Assembly (NCBI GenBank): GCA_937907605.1
Contig: CALCYI010000002.1
Coordinates: forward strand, 48,852 to 112,851
DNA: 64,000 nucleotides
From: an uncultured Clostridia bacterium
GTDB lineage: Bacteria; Bacillota; Clostridia; Oscillospirales; Acutalibacteraceae
Direction of reading: 5' to 3'
Translations under genes and position numbers: made by a program
In this document: in pieces, positions 55,413 to 64,000 of the stretch
How the letters are laid out: each line of letters opens with the position of its first letter
Numbering within the stretch: position 1 is the first letter of the stretch
Notes under the pieces: model-generated
What the model saw: only the letters and a program-made list of their open reading frames with translations
Told to the model about the DNA's origin: nothing
Database searches by the model: none

Positions 55413-57434
55413 TTATATTTTCTTTGTCATAGTCAGAATATTATAGCCGTCCTTGTATTCATACGAAACGGAGTCCATATTCTTTTTGGTAAGGTATATA
55501 CCGAGCCCGCCGACTTCTCTTTCATCTGCTGAAAGTGAAATATCAGGGTCTTCCTTTTCAAGCGGATTATACGGAACGCCGCTATCCTTGAACGTTATAG
55601 TGATTTCGCCGTCGCTGCAATCCGCAGATATTTCCGCCTTGCCTACGCCGTCGCCGTAAGCATAATTTGCAATATTGACATAGATTTCCTCAACGGATAA
55701 GTCAATTTGCATTTGGGCTTTCATTGATGCGCCGTTTTCTTCCAAAACGCCGTCAACAAAATCCATTACCGTATGCAGGTTTTCCGTTGTGGCGTCTACG
55801 GTCAGCGTATTTCCCTCATTGCCTTTCAGTTCAAGACAGAGCATGGTTAAATCGTCAAACTGCGCTGCGTCACCGACGAACTCACTCACACACTCATTAA
55901 CGCCGTCCAGAATATCCTGTGGTTTTTCATCTTTATACTTATTCAGCGCCTCAATCATACCGTTTAAGGTGAACATTTTTTCGTCCTTATCGGTAGCCTC
56001 CGGCAGACCGTCGGTATAAAGGAAAATTTTATCACCCTTATTCAGTTGAATTTCAAAGTCCTTGTATTTTATGCCTGACATTGCGCCTACGACAAGACCG
56101 TGCTTATTCTTAACAATTTCAAACTGACCGCCCTTGCGATAAACTGCGGGGTCGTCGTGACCTGCGTTTGCAGCGAGGATTTTGCCCGTTGAAATTTCAA
56201 GAATACCGAGCCATACCGTTACGAACATATCCGCCTGATTATGGTCGCATATACTGTCATTAACAAAGGTGAGAATTTCGGCAGGAGTGCCGCCCATATG
56301 CGTTCTGTCGCTGATAAGAATATTCGTTACCATCATAAACAGCGCTGCGGGAATACCTTTGCCTGAAACGTCCGCCATTACCATAGCGAGATGGTCATCG
56401 TCAACAAGGAAGAAATTATAGAAATCGCCGCCGACCTCCTTTGCAGGAGTCATTGAAGCGTAAACGTCAAAATCCTTTCTTTGCGGGAAGGCGGGGAAAA
56501 TATTTGGAACTGAATTTTCCTGAATGGTTTTGGCAATATTCAGTTCTGCGCCGATACGCTCCTTTTCGGAGGTTACGGCAGTCAGATTATCAATGTATGC
56601 CAGCATATCGTCCTCCATTTTATCAATGGAACGGGCAAGCGTTGAAATTTCTTCAATTTTGCTGACGTTGCCAAGCTCGTCGCCCTTTTTGTTTTCCAAA
56701 GCGAAACGGCTTGTTTCACTGCTGACGCGCTTCATCGGATTTACAAATTCCTTGCGAATATAAAAGGCTGAAGTTAAAGCAACCATCACGGAAAGAATAA
56801 CCGTTGAAATGGCAATATTTATTAAATACGGACGTCTGGCATCTCTCAGCTCCTCCATGGGTCTTTGAATGCACATCAAGCTGACAACCTCGCCCTGCGA
56901 ATTTTTAAGAGGTGCTAATGTTGTGATATGCGGCGGCGCACCGTTTAGTTTAGTCGTTCTGTAAACTGTGCCGTAAGCGAGGTCGTTTTCATATATATCA
57001 CGATAGATTTCAACATATTCCTCGTTCGTGGTGTCCTGTTGATAACCAATTTTCCAAGGCGTGTATGGCGTATCCTCTCCGACGGAATTGAACACAGACG
57101 TAAACCTGCCGTAATCAGTGGTATCGACCTTGATGACGTACACAATAGAAACATCCATTTTCTCGCAGAAGGCGTCAAGATACTGCTTTGTCTGCTGATA
57201 TTCCTCCGACTGCCCGCCGTCTGCAAGATAGTCATCAATATGGTCGCCGTTTACAAGTAAGGCAGCAGTATCAGCCATACTTGCGGTCGTATTACTGTAT
57301 TCTCTTTTAAAAGCGTTTGTAAAGCTGACATAGCCTATAACGCTCACAATCCAGCTGAACACTAAAAGCAGCAACACTACGGCGCTTATAATATTAAACG
57401 CTAAGCTACTGCGTAATTTTTGTATCTTTTTCAT
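55413..57434 (-). CDS. Membrane sensor: extracytoplasmic domain-HAMP-PP2C (SpoIIE-type) phosphatase fused to an RsbW/SpoIIAB-like HATPase
   Basis: Two TM segments, PP2C motifs (EVGGDFYNF, MADVSGKGIPAALFM, TDGLPEA) and a C-terminal GGLGIYL ATP-lid motif. Confidence 0.7.
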   Translation of the reverse strand: MKKIQKLRSSLAFNIISAVVLLLLVFSWIVSVIGYVSFTNAFKREYSNTTASMADTAALLVNGDHIDDYLADGGQSEEYQQTKQYLDAFCEKMDVSIVYVIKVDTTDYGRFTSVFNSVGEDTPYTPWKIGYQQDTTNEEYVEIYRDIYENDLAYGTVYRTTKLNGAPPHITTLAPLKNSQGEVVSLMCIQRPMEELRDARRPYLINIAISTVILSVMVALTSAFYIRKEFVNPMKRVSSETSRFALENKKGDELGNVSKIEEISTLARSIDKMEDDMLAYIDNLTAVTSEKERIGAELNIAKTIQENSVPNIFPAFPQRKDFDVYASMTPAKEVGGDFYNFFLVDDDHLAMVMADVSGKGIPAALFMMVTNILISDRTHMGGTPAEILTFVNDSICDHNQADMFVTVWLGILEISTGKILAANAGHDDPAVYRKGGQFEIVKNKHGLVVGAMSGIKYKDFEIQLNKGDKIFLYTDGLPEATDKDEKMFTLNGMIEALNKYKDEKPQDILDGVNECVSEFVGDAAQFDDLTMLCLELKGNEGNTLTVDATTENLHTVMDFVDGVLEENGASMKAQMQIDLSVEEIYVNIANYAYGDGVGKAEISADCSDGEITITFKDSGVPYNPLEKEDPDISLSADEREVGGLGIYLTKKNMDSVSYEYKDGYNILTMTKKI

Positions 57435-57437
57435 ATT

Positions 57438-57734
57438 TTATCCTATGGTAAGAATATCTGAAAAACCTGTCATATCAAGGATTTCCATTACGTCATTGTT
57501 AACGTTTATAAGCCTCATTTCGCCCTGTGCCTTCATTTTCTTTTCCGCCTTCAAAAGCACACGCAGTCCTGCCGATGAAATGTAAGACATCTCTTTTAAG
57601 TCAAGCACCAGCTCAGTGATACCGTCAATACTGTCAAAAATAGTTTTTTCAAGTTCAGATGCAGTAGTCGTATCCACTCTGCCCGATACAAGAATTGTAA
57701 GTTTTCCGTTTTCTTTGTTTGATGTGAGTTGCAT
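57438..57734 (-). CDS. STAS-domain anti-sigma-factor antagonist (SpoIIAA/RsbV-like)
   Basis: LKEMSYISSAGLRVLLK with the conserved phosphorylatable Ser; 98 aa. Confidence 0.8.
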   Translation of the reverse strand: MQLTSNKENGKLTILVSGRVDTTTASELEKTIFDSIDGITELVLDLKEMSYISSAGLRVLLKAEKKMKAQGEMRLINVNNDVMEILDMTGFSDILTIG

Positions 57735-57774
57735 TTCAATATCTCCTTAAATATTTTATTATATTCTAAAGGTT

Positions 57775-59067
57775 TTACACTTTACCTTTACTTTTCTTTG
57801 GAAGAATCGTGTAAGGCAGATTGCGTTCATGACTGCCGAGCCCCTTGAAGTGAATATTCTCTTCCCTCATAGCCTCGCAGAACGCATCATAAAATTTGTG
57901 CTTACCGTTGAGTTCCATAAAGGTAAGATAGAATTTATCACGCAGAGCGTTTACTTCAAGCAGAAGATGTCCGTCCGTAATGCAGTGTATGCGATCTATG
58001 TATTCCTCCAAGCCGTACCACTCATCCTTGCCGACGTAACTTACGATAAAGGTGCCGAATGGAGGCTGTACGTGCTGACTGTGTGTAAGCGTAAAGAGCT
58101 TCTTATTCAGCAGTCCTTTCTTATTATCTACGTCATCCATAGACTTATATATGCTTTTCATTATCTTTGAACTGAATTCGGGCTGCATCTGGACGTACAT
58201 CATACTGCGGGTAACGGTGCTTAAATATTCCGTCGTCTTGCTTTCAAGCTCACGAGGATAGTAGACGGAAAGCATACGCACCAAGTCGTGATACGTATTG
58301 GGACAGCCGACGTCCGCACGGTAATTGCATATAATGTTTCCACGGATTGCCTTTGCAACCTTTGGCGATGTAACCTTGCAGATTGCACGAAACATCAATG
58401 CAGATAGAATTGAATTGGGGCTGCCGTCGTTACTGCGGGCGTATTTCATAAAGTCTTTTGTTTCAAGTTCAAGCTCGTAGTATTTTGCGTCCCTGAAAGG
58501 CATTGAAACAAGCTGTTTTACGTAATCAGCCGCAGGGATATACACGCTGTCCTTTTTTATGCTGCCAAGAGGCTCGTCATCAGTAAGCGTTTCAAGGTCG
58601 GGATAGTCGGTTTCTCCGTCAACAAACGGTGTATCTGCGGTTTTGATATCGCCGATTTCCGTTTCAACGCCGAAGGCTTCCCTCACGTAATACCAAAGCG
58701 TACTCTTAATGAAGAACATAGCGCCGCAGCCGCCGCACATTCCGTGATATATATTGAAATAAACATCATTGCCCTCATATTCAATACTGAACAGATGATA
58801 GTTTACTTCCTCCGTGCCCATACGAGGATGCTTGCCGCTATATTGTTTTACTGTTATCGGCAGCGGATTGTCAACAAGTTCAATTTCACCGTTTTTGAGA
58901 ATACTAATTCTTTTTGCATAATACGGAAAACGCTTAAAGGCTGTATTAGCCGCCATTTCAAGCGCTTTGGCGTCAACCTTTTGGCGCATTACAAATTTAA
59001 GGCGGAAATTATAAGTAATAAATTTGCCCGCTTCGTACAGTAAATAACTGTCAGGATTCTGTTTCAT
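57775..59067 (-). CDS. Hypothetical protein (430 aa)
   Basis: Start placed at ATG 59067, 7 nt after GAGGAG. YHGMCGGCG loosely recalls the HxxxDG acyltransferase motif but lacks the Asp. Confidence 0.45.
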   Translation of the reverse strand: MKQNPDSYLLYEAGKFITYNFRLKFVMRQKVDAKALEMAANTAFKRFPYYAKRISILKNGEIELVDNPLPITVKQYSGKHPRMGTEEVNYHLFSIEYEGNDVYFNIYHGMCGGCGAMFFIKSTLWYYVREAFGVETEIGDIKTADTPFVDGETDYPDLETLTDDEPLGSIKKDSVYIPAADYVKQLVSMPFRDAKYYELELETKDFMKYARSNDGSPNSILSALMFRAICKVTSPKVAKAIRGNIICNYRADVGCPNTYHDLVRMLSVYYPRELESKTTEYLSTVTRSMMYVQMQPEFSSKIMKSIYKSMDDVDNKKGLLNKKLFTLTHSQHVQPPFGTFIVSYVGKDEWYGLEEYIDRIHCITDGHLLLEVNALRDKFYLTFMELNGKHKFYDAFCEAMREENIHFKGLGSHERNLPYTILPKKSKGKV

Positions 59068-59157
59068 ACGGCTGCTCCTCTTATCGTGATAAAAATATTC
59101 TATCATAAAATGTACAAAAATACAATAATAAGGGCTGTGTTTCCACAGCCCTCTTAA

Positions 59158-60072
59158 TTATGCGCCGAAGTGAATTACTGTGTATTCGTAACCTTCTGCT
59201 TCTTCAAGCTCGTGTTCTGCTTTAAGTGTGTCGTCAAGACCGAAGGTAACCTTGAAGCCGTCGCCCTCGCCCTCTTTGAGCTCGTTAAAATTCTTTGCAA
59301 AAGTATCAGCATTTGTCGGCTGAAGCTTTGCTACGGTATTCATAATTGACTGATAGGTAAGGTCGCTTCTTTCGCCGTACTCGCTAACGATGATATCAAC
59401 GGAATCCTTGTTGCCGTAATAAATCACTCTGATTTTACCGCAATTGATAACGCCGTTAATATCGTTTTCATCAAGCGCGTCGGTATATTCGAGCGCATTT
59501 TCGTTAACGTACATCGTATCAAGGTCGGTCATATCCCACTTACCTGCGATATAAAGCTTCATCGTGGTTGTGCCTGCTTCATCGGTTTCGGTAATAAAAT
59601 ATTTATTATCAATTCCGAAATACTCACAGCCGGAGATATAACCTGTTGTAAGGTCGGAATCCATACCGAGATACTTATCGGCAGCGGATTTAAGGAACAT
59701 GAAGAAGGAATAGCCTATGTAATCCTCGGAGTTTGCTTCCTGCTTGTAAGTCAAAAAGTCGCCGTCAAGCTTGAATTCGTAGTTACCGCTAACGCCCTCG
59801 TCGCCGCTGATATTAATAATAATGCTGTCGCCCTCAACCTTTTCTTCAAAAGCGGTATTAGGATACATAGTCTTATAATCTGCATACTGCTCGTCAGCCT
59901 TGAAATTATCAAGGATAGTCTGCAAAGCAGCAGTATTATCAGCCGTGTCGCTCTGTGACGGTGTGTCTGTGTTTTCCGCCTTGTTTGAGCCGTTTGACGA
60001 ACAGGCGGCAAAGGAAAATACGAGCGCCCCGATAAGCATTAATGCTACTAAAGCTTTACTGAATTTTTTCAT
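59158..60072 (-). CDS. Lipoprotein, function unknown
   Basis: Signal peptide with lipobox FSFAAC. Confidence 0.6.
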   Translation of the reverse strand: MKKFSKALVALMLIGALVFSFAACSSNGSNKAENTDTPSQSDTADNTAALQTILDNFKADEQYADYKTMYPNTAFEEKVEGDSIIINISGDEGVSGNYEFKLDGDFLTYKQEANSEDYIGYSFFMFLKSAADKYLGMDSDLTTGYISGCEYFGIDNKYFITETDEAGTTTMKLYIAGKWDMTDLDTMYVNENALEYTDALDENDINGVINCGKIRVIYYGNKDSVDIIVSEYGERSDLTYQSIMNTVAKLQPTNADTFAKNFNELKEGEGDGFKVTFGLDDTLKAEHELEEAEGYEYTVIHFGA

Positions 60073-60085
60073 AGTCTTTCTCCTT

Positions 60086-63064
60086 TTATTTAACTGTTAC
60101 CTTAATTGCTTTAGCAAAGCCGTTGTTGGAATAAACGTAGATATATGCCGTGCCCTTGCCTGCGGCTTTGATTTTACCGTTTGCATCAACAGTGGCAACC
60201 GCCGTATTGCTTGAGAAATAGCGGAATTTTGCAACGTGTAAGATAGCCTTTTTCTTCTTATTTACGAATACAAGCTGAGATTTAATGGTATCCAGTTTGC
60301 CTACGTTCAACGTTACCGCGGTTTTATTGTTTTTCACGGTCTTGACGTTGGTGTAGTTGCCCTTTGCGCCCGCAATATGAACTGTCGGTGAGGTGAAGAT
60401 AGTAACGTCCTTGCCGTTAACCTTCTTCTGCGCAACAACGTAGGTCTTAACGTTCTTATACGGATTAAGCTTTTTGCCGTTCAGCTTTTTAATCTCATAA
60501 GTTGTGGCATTGCCCTTTACGGTTGCAATCTTCTTATACTTATTCGTATTGCCGCAGTAGGTAGCGTAAATAACGTAGGAATCTGCGTCCTTCACTCTGC
60601 CCCATTTAAGCGTTGCTTTCTTTGCAGTTGAGGTACCCTGAAGCCCTGCTACAAACTCTGCATACGCCTGCTCTCTTGCAGCCTTCTTATCAGCAGCATC
60701 TGCCGCAGCCTTTCTGTTTTTGTCCAGATAGCCGCATACCGTACAAGTATAGCGAGCAGCGCCCTTTTCGCCGTAGGTATGCGCCGCTTTCTGATTTACT
60801 TCGTCGCAGCGTGTGCACTTATGCCAATGGCTCTTTGCATCCTTGCTCCAAACGGTTTCCCAATCATGACCGAGAGCGGGAATATCGGCAAGAACCTTTG
60901 TCTGAGTTTCAAACGCGGGGTTGGTAAAGGTCGCCGTGTACGTGGTTTCTCCGTTAACTGTGCAGGTCGGCTCTTTCGTTTTCTCTGAGGTTACAGTAGC
61001 AGTTTCCTTTTCTACGTAGCCGCAAACCGTACAGGTATGGGAAGCTGTTACAGAATATGTACCGTCCCATTCATAAGTTACTTCACCGTAAGTGTGCGCT
61101 TCTTTATCGAGTACCTCGTCACAGCGGGTGCAGTCGTGCCAGTGGTCAGTTTCGTCCTTGCTCCACTTGTCGATTCTCCAGTCGTGCGTAAGAGCGGGCG
61201 TGGTCGTCTTGTTATAAGTATCGCCGCAGGAGGAACAGGTATAGGTATCGTAGCCCTCCTCAGTACAGGTTGCAGCCTTAGTAGCGGTTATCTTATAGGA
61301 GTGACCGATAGCGGGCGTTTGCTCCGTATAAGTTACGCCGCAGCCGCTGCAGGTATAAGTGATTATACCCTTTTCTGTACAGGTTGCGTCCTTTGTAATC
61401 TCTGCGCTGAACAGGTGTCTTCCGGTTGACGGAATCACCGTGTCATAGGAACGGCCGCAGACCTCGCAGGTATGGCGCAGAATACCGTCCTCGCTGCAGG
61501 TCGCAGGCTTTACAGCCTCTTCGCTGTAAAGGTGGTCGTCAGTCATCGGGATTTCTTCGTAATAAACCGCATCGCAGTTTGCGCAGGCATATTCCATTAC
61601 GCCCGTTTCCGCACAGGTCGGCACATTAACAAGCGTAGCGCTGTACTGATGGTCCTTTGCAGGGGTAGTAGTCTTTTTATAAGTTTCGCCGCAAACGGAA
61701 CAGGTATAAACGTCATAGCCCTCGGTTTCACAGGTCGCAGCAACCTGTTCGGTTACCTTGTATGAATGATTGAGTGCGGGCGTAGTCGTTACGTTATAGC
61801 TGTCGCCGCAGTATTCACAGGTGTAGGTGTCATAGCCCTCTTCGGTGCAGGTTGCGGGTGTAGAGGAAGTAACAACGTAGTTGTGAATATCAAGCGTGTA
61901 TTCCGCTTCTACCGTTACGCCGCCGATGGCAAGCTCATAAGCCTTCCAGGCGCCAGTGTAGCCCGGCTTTACGGGAACGTCAGGCTCTTCAATTTCAGTC
62001 GTGTTTACGGTATACGGAATTTCCGCAACAGTCTTGCCGTCGGCAACAAAGCGTGCAACATAAGTAGCAGGTGCAAAGGTAGCGTTAACGGTTACGTCGC
62101 TGCCAGGCATAGTGAATTTGTTATCGGAAACGGTTATATCGTTGTCGTTCTCATCCGTTACGCTCACGCTTTCAAGCGCATAGCCATCGTCGGGTGTTGC
62201 CGACAGTGTCACCTCGTCACCGACAAAAGCTTTCTCTTTTGAAACTGTTACGGTACCGTGCTCGGCAGCAGCAGCGGTTACCTTGTGCCAGAAAACGAAA
62301 TCAACATAATAAATATATTCACTGCCGTCCTTCTTTACTGTCACGGGGCAGGTATAGTCAGTACCCTTGTTGCTTTGCAACTTAATTTTACACTCCGTTG
62401 GCAATTCTTCAACAATCTCGGCGCTTTCGCCATCGGAAGTTGTAAGGCTGACCGTATTTTTCAGATTTTTCATCTGAACACCATACTGGTCAATCATCTG
62501 AAAATAGATATTGCCTGTGGCTACGCCTTCTTCGGAATCCAGACTCTGAAGAATTTTCAGATCGGTATTTTTGTTACCGTCTTCATCCTTGGTGTAAACA
62601 TGAATAGCGCTAATCTCCGGGTCATCCCATCGAAAGCCGCCGCCTATTTTGCAGTGCGAAAAAGGCGCGGAAGTACCCGAAAAGCCCTGTGACCGTTCTT
62701 CTTTTCCGTTCAGGTTTGCCGTGAAAGTACCTTCCCAATGGTGAATGGCAATGTTACCGCCAAAATCGAAATAGGCTTCAGCTCCATTATAAAAATATTC
62801 GGAGTGATAGGAAACCTCAAATGCTTCGCCTCCATCATCAATACTTGACGTAATCGTCCACGCTTTTTCAGGGATACTGCTGTCGTTGCTGTTGTATAGC
62901 TTCAGTGTAGCCACATTCCAGTCATCAGCGTCGTCCGTTGTCTGAATCTTGAGGTTGTAGATATACTCCCCATCCGGTTCCGCAGCCTGCGCTGAAAACG
63001 TCAGACCAGTGCATACGCTCAGGAGCATACACAGGGATAACAATAAACTGATTATTTTCTTCAT
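60086..63064 (-). CDS. Large secreted surface protein with six 39-aa His/Cys3 repeats and a C-terminal Big_2-like domain
   Basis: Signal peptide; repeats of H-x11-C-x9-C-x2-C (for example HSYKVTEQVAATCETEGYDVYTCSVCGETY); two HWHxCTRCDEV modules; terminal VATVDANGKIKAAGKGTAYIYV. Confidence 0.65.
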   Translation of the reverse strand: MKKIISLLLSLCMLLSVCTGLTFSAQAAEPDGEYIYNLKIQTTDDADDWNVATLKLYNSNDSSIPEKAWTITSSIDDGGEAFEVSYHSEYFYNGAEAYFDFGGNIAIHHWEGTFTANLNGKEERSQGFSGTSAPFSHCKIGGGFRWDDPEISAIHVYTKDEDGNKNTDLKILQSLDSEEGVATGNIYFQMIDQYGVQMKNLKNTVSLTTSDGESAEIVEELPTECKIKLQSNKGTDYTCPVTVKKDGSEYIYYVDFVFWHKVTAAAAEHGTVTVSKEKAFVGDEVTLSATPDDGYALESVSVTDENDNDITVSDNKFTMPGSDVTVNATFAPATYVARFVADGKTVAEIPYTVNTTEIEEPDVPVKPGYTGAWKAYELAIGGVTVEAEYTLDIHNYVVTSSTPATCTEEGYDTYTCEYCGDSYNVTTTPALNHSYKVTEQVAATCETEGYDVYTCSVCGETYKKTTTPAKDHQYSATLVNVPTCAETGVMEYACANCDAVYYEEIPMTDDHLYSEEAVKPATCSEDGILRHTCEVCGRSYDTVIPSTGRHLFSAEITKDATCTEKGIITYTCSGCGVTYTEQTPAIGHSYKITATKAATCTEEGYDTYTCSSCGDTYNKTTTPALTHDWRIDKWSKDETDHWHDCTRCDEVLDKEAHTYGEVTYEWDGTYSVTASHTCTVCGYVEKETATVTSEKTKEPTCTVNGETTYTATFTNPAFETQTKVLADIPALGHDWETVWSKDAKSHWHKCTRCDEVNQKAAHTYGEKGAARYTCTVCGYLDKNRKAAADAADKKAAREQAYAEFVAGLQGTSTAKKATLKWGRVKDADSYVIYATYCGNTNKYKKIATVKGNATTYEIKKLNGKKLNPYKNVKTYVVAQKKVNGKDVTIFTSPTVHIAGAKGNYTNVKTVKNNKTAVTLNVGKLDTIKSQLVFVNKKKKAILHVAKFRYFSSNTAVATVDANGKIKAAGKGTAYIYVYSNNGFAKAIKVTVK

Positions 63065-63170
63065 TTTTCATCTCTCCTTTTGTTTTTTGATGATTTATTA
63101 TAATTTATTGTATTATAATATGTCGCGTCCAACAAATGTCCAACAAAAAACGGCGTTTTTTAAAAAATGA

Positions 63171-63198
63171 TAAAAAACTTCCTGCACAAGCAGGAAGT
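63171..63198 (-). terminator. Rho-independent terminator
   Basis: ACTTCCTGC-ACAA-GCAGGAAGT stem with a T-run on the minus strand. Confidence 0.65.
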
Positions 63199-63314
63199 AT
63201 TTGCATTTGAGTTTATTCTGTTGTAACCGTAGTTTTGGTAATAAACAGGTCAATCGCCATAGGCTTCCATATGTTTTTCTTAGTGTTTTCCATAACCCTT
63301 TCACCTCTCGCCCA

Positions 63315-63740
63315 TTATCTTCTTCTGACAATCATCCTGAAAGCTGTAAAAGCGCCGACAATCGCCAACAACGCGCCGACTACGATGAAGATAGCGCCGC
63401 CCTTGGCAGGATTGAGAGCAGAAATCTTTTCAGGGTTCCCCGACTGAACGAGAATATCCACCGTATCGCCTACCTTGAGGCTGTCGTCCTGCTCGGGAGC
63501 GAGAACGTGCTCATACTTCTTGCCGTCGAATTCGTAGTCAATGTAAGCTGTGTTTACAAGTCTGTCGACCTCGTCCTCAGTCGTGGCATATTCCCACTCC
63601 TCCTGAACGTCAACGACCATTGCCGTAATCTGTGTGTCATACTTATCCTTGTTTGCGATGGTGCTGATGCCGTTGCCGACAAATATAATGCCGATAGCCA
63701 CTGCAACGACGGACAAAATAACGGGTAAGATTTTTTTCAT
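63315..63740 (-). CDS. Two-TM membrane protein, DUF3592-like
   Basis: N- and C-terminal TM helices around a beta-rich core. The family call is from memory of the architecture only. Confidence 0.4.
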   Translation of the reverse strand: MKKILPVILSVVAVAIGIIFVGNGISTIANKDKYDTQITAMVVDVQEEWEYATTEDEVDRLVNTAYIDYEFDGKKYEHVLAPEQDDSLKVGDTVDILVQSGNPEKISALNPAKGGAIFIVVGALLAIVGAFTAFRMIVRRR

Positions 63741-63764
63741 TTTTATTCTCCTTTTTAATTGTTT

Positions 63765-64000
63765 TTAATAGATTGTAACTGTTGTGCCGGGAGTAATCGT
63801 CTGAAGGATTTTTACCATATTTTCCTCGGATACCGCAACGCAGCCGCCCGTCGGATAATCGGGTTCTTTCCAACAGTGAAGGAAAATCGCGTTGCCCGCA
63901 TAAGGTGCGCCCGCTTTGTTATAGCCCATATCAAGAAAATAAGCGTATCTGATGGGGTATTCAATCAGATGTTCATCCTCGGAATAATCGTTATCGGGAT
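63765..64000 (-). CDS. L,D-transpeptidase-like (YkuD-fold) protein, C-terminal part; N-terminus beyond window
   Basis: Own translation: ...GNAIFLHCWKEPDYPTGGCVAVSEENMVKILQTITPGTTVTIY-stop, with a His...GGC catalytic-type motif. Confidence 0.45.
   Translation of the reverse strand, partial: PDNDYSEDEHLIEYPIRYAYFLDMGYNKAGAPYAGNAIFLHCWKEPDYPTGGCVAVSEENMVKILQTITPGTTVTIY

Larger units (their letters stand above)
43126..64000. mobile_element. Left part of a putative sigK-intervening (skin-like) integrated element; right end not in window
   Basis: Begins where sigK homology ends. It looks more AT-rich by eye than the flanking core and carries relaxase, plasmid-like HTH and polymerase genes. The sigK 3' half is absent through position 64000. 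Confidence 0.5.

Noticed and set aside
63113-63331. 72-aa minus-strand ORF, and a possible 26-aa peptide (MENTKKNIWKPMAIDLFITKTTVTTE), in the gap after the DUF3592-like gene.
   Set aside because: The 72-aa ORF reads through a strong terminator hairpin (63177-63198). The 26-aa peptide has only a marginal RBS and nothing else to support it.
43126-64000. Looked for an integrase, serine recombinase, transposase, phage structural genes or a CRISPR array in the foreign region.
   Set aside because: None of the listed ORFs shows the relevant motifs: no R-H-R-Y tyrosine recombinase pattern, no N-terminal resolvase Ser motif, no DDE. No spaced direct repeats are present.

Overview
This is a chromosomal window from a spore-forming Firmicute. 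The Clostridia-like assignment is an inference from gene content only.

Positions 1-42.7 kb are ordinary, tightly packed core genome:
- a secreted M23 peptidase and an XRE regulator
- an odd SCP2 / class-III aminotransferase / split-transketolase operon
- spoVAE-spoVAC and trkH-trkA
- a GH38-MATE-GH29 glycan cluster
- a Ca-type P-type ATPase, a D,D-carboxypeptidase and gdhA
- the classic ctsR-mcsA-mcsB-clpC operon with two CtsR boxes
- ireB, and a Phe T-box leader in front of pheS-pheT
- hisC and two tRNA-Ala genes

Five intergenic tandem heptanucleotide arrays each start directly at a stop codon.

At about 43.13 kb the sporulation sigma factor gene sigK breaks off after region 2 (...ATYASRCIEN). 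The remaining 20.9 kb or more looks more AT-rich by eye and foreign, and no sigK 3' half and no recombinase is visible in it. I read this as the left part of a skin-like sigK-intervening element. It carries:
- an XRE regulator
- a MobL-type relaxase module
- a 1011-aa protein with the complete motif set of eukaryotic-type RNA-dependent RNA polymerases / two-barrel RNA polymerases (FQIR..KGM, RNPH, GGADYDGD)
- a consensus promoter plus a structured roughly 200-nt leader, an AAA ATPase and an unknown protein
- a long minus-strand operon encoding a sigma-less partner-switching module (STAS, PP2C-HATPase fusion, SpoT-type HD hydrolase, STAS-kinase fusion, hydrolase, VanX) and a Cys-repeat surface protein

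No rRNA, CRISPR array, transposase or integrase was seen. All functional calls come from motif recognition by eye; no database search was run.
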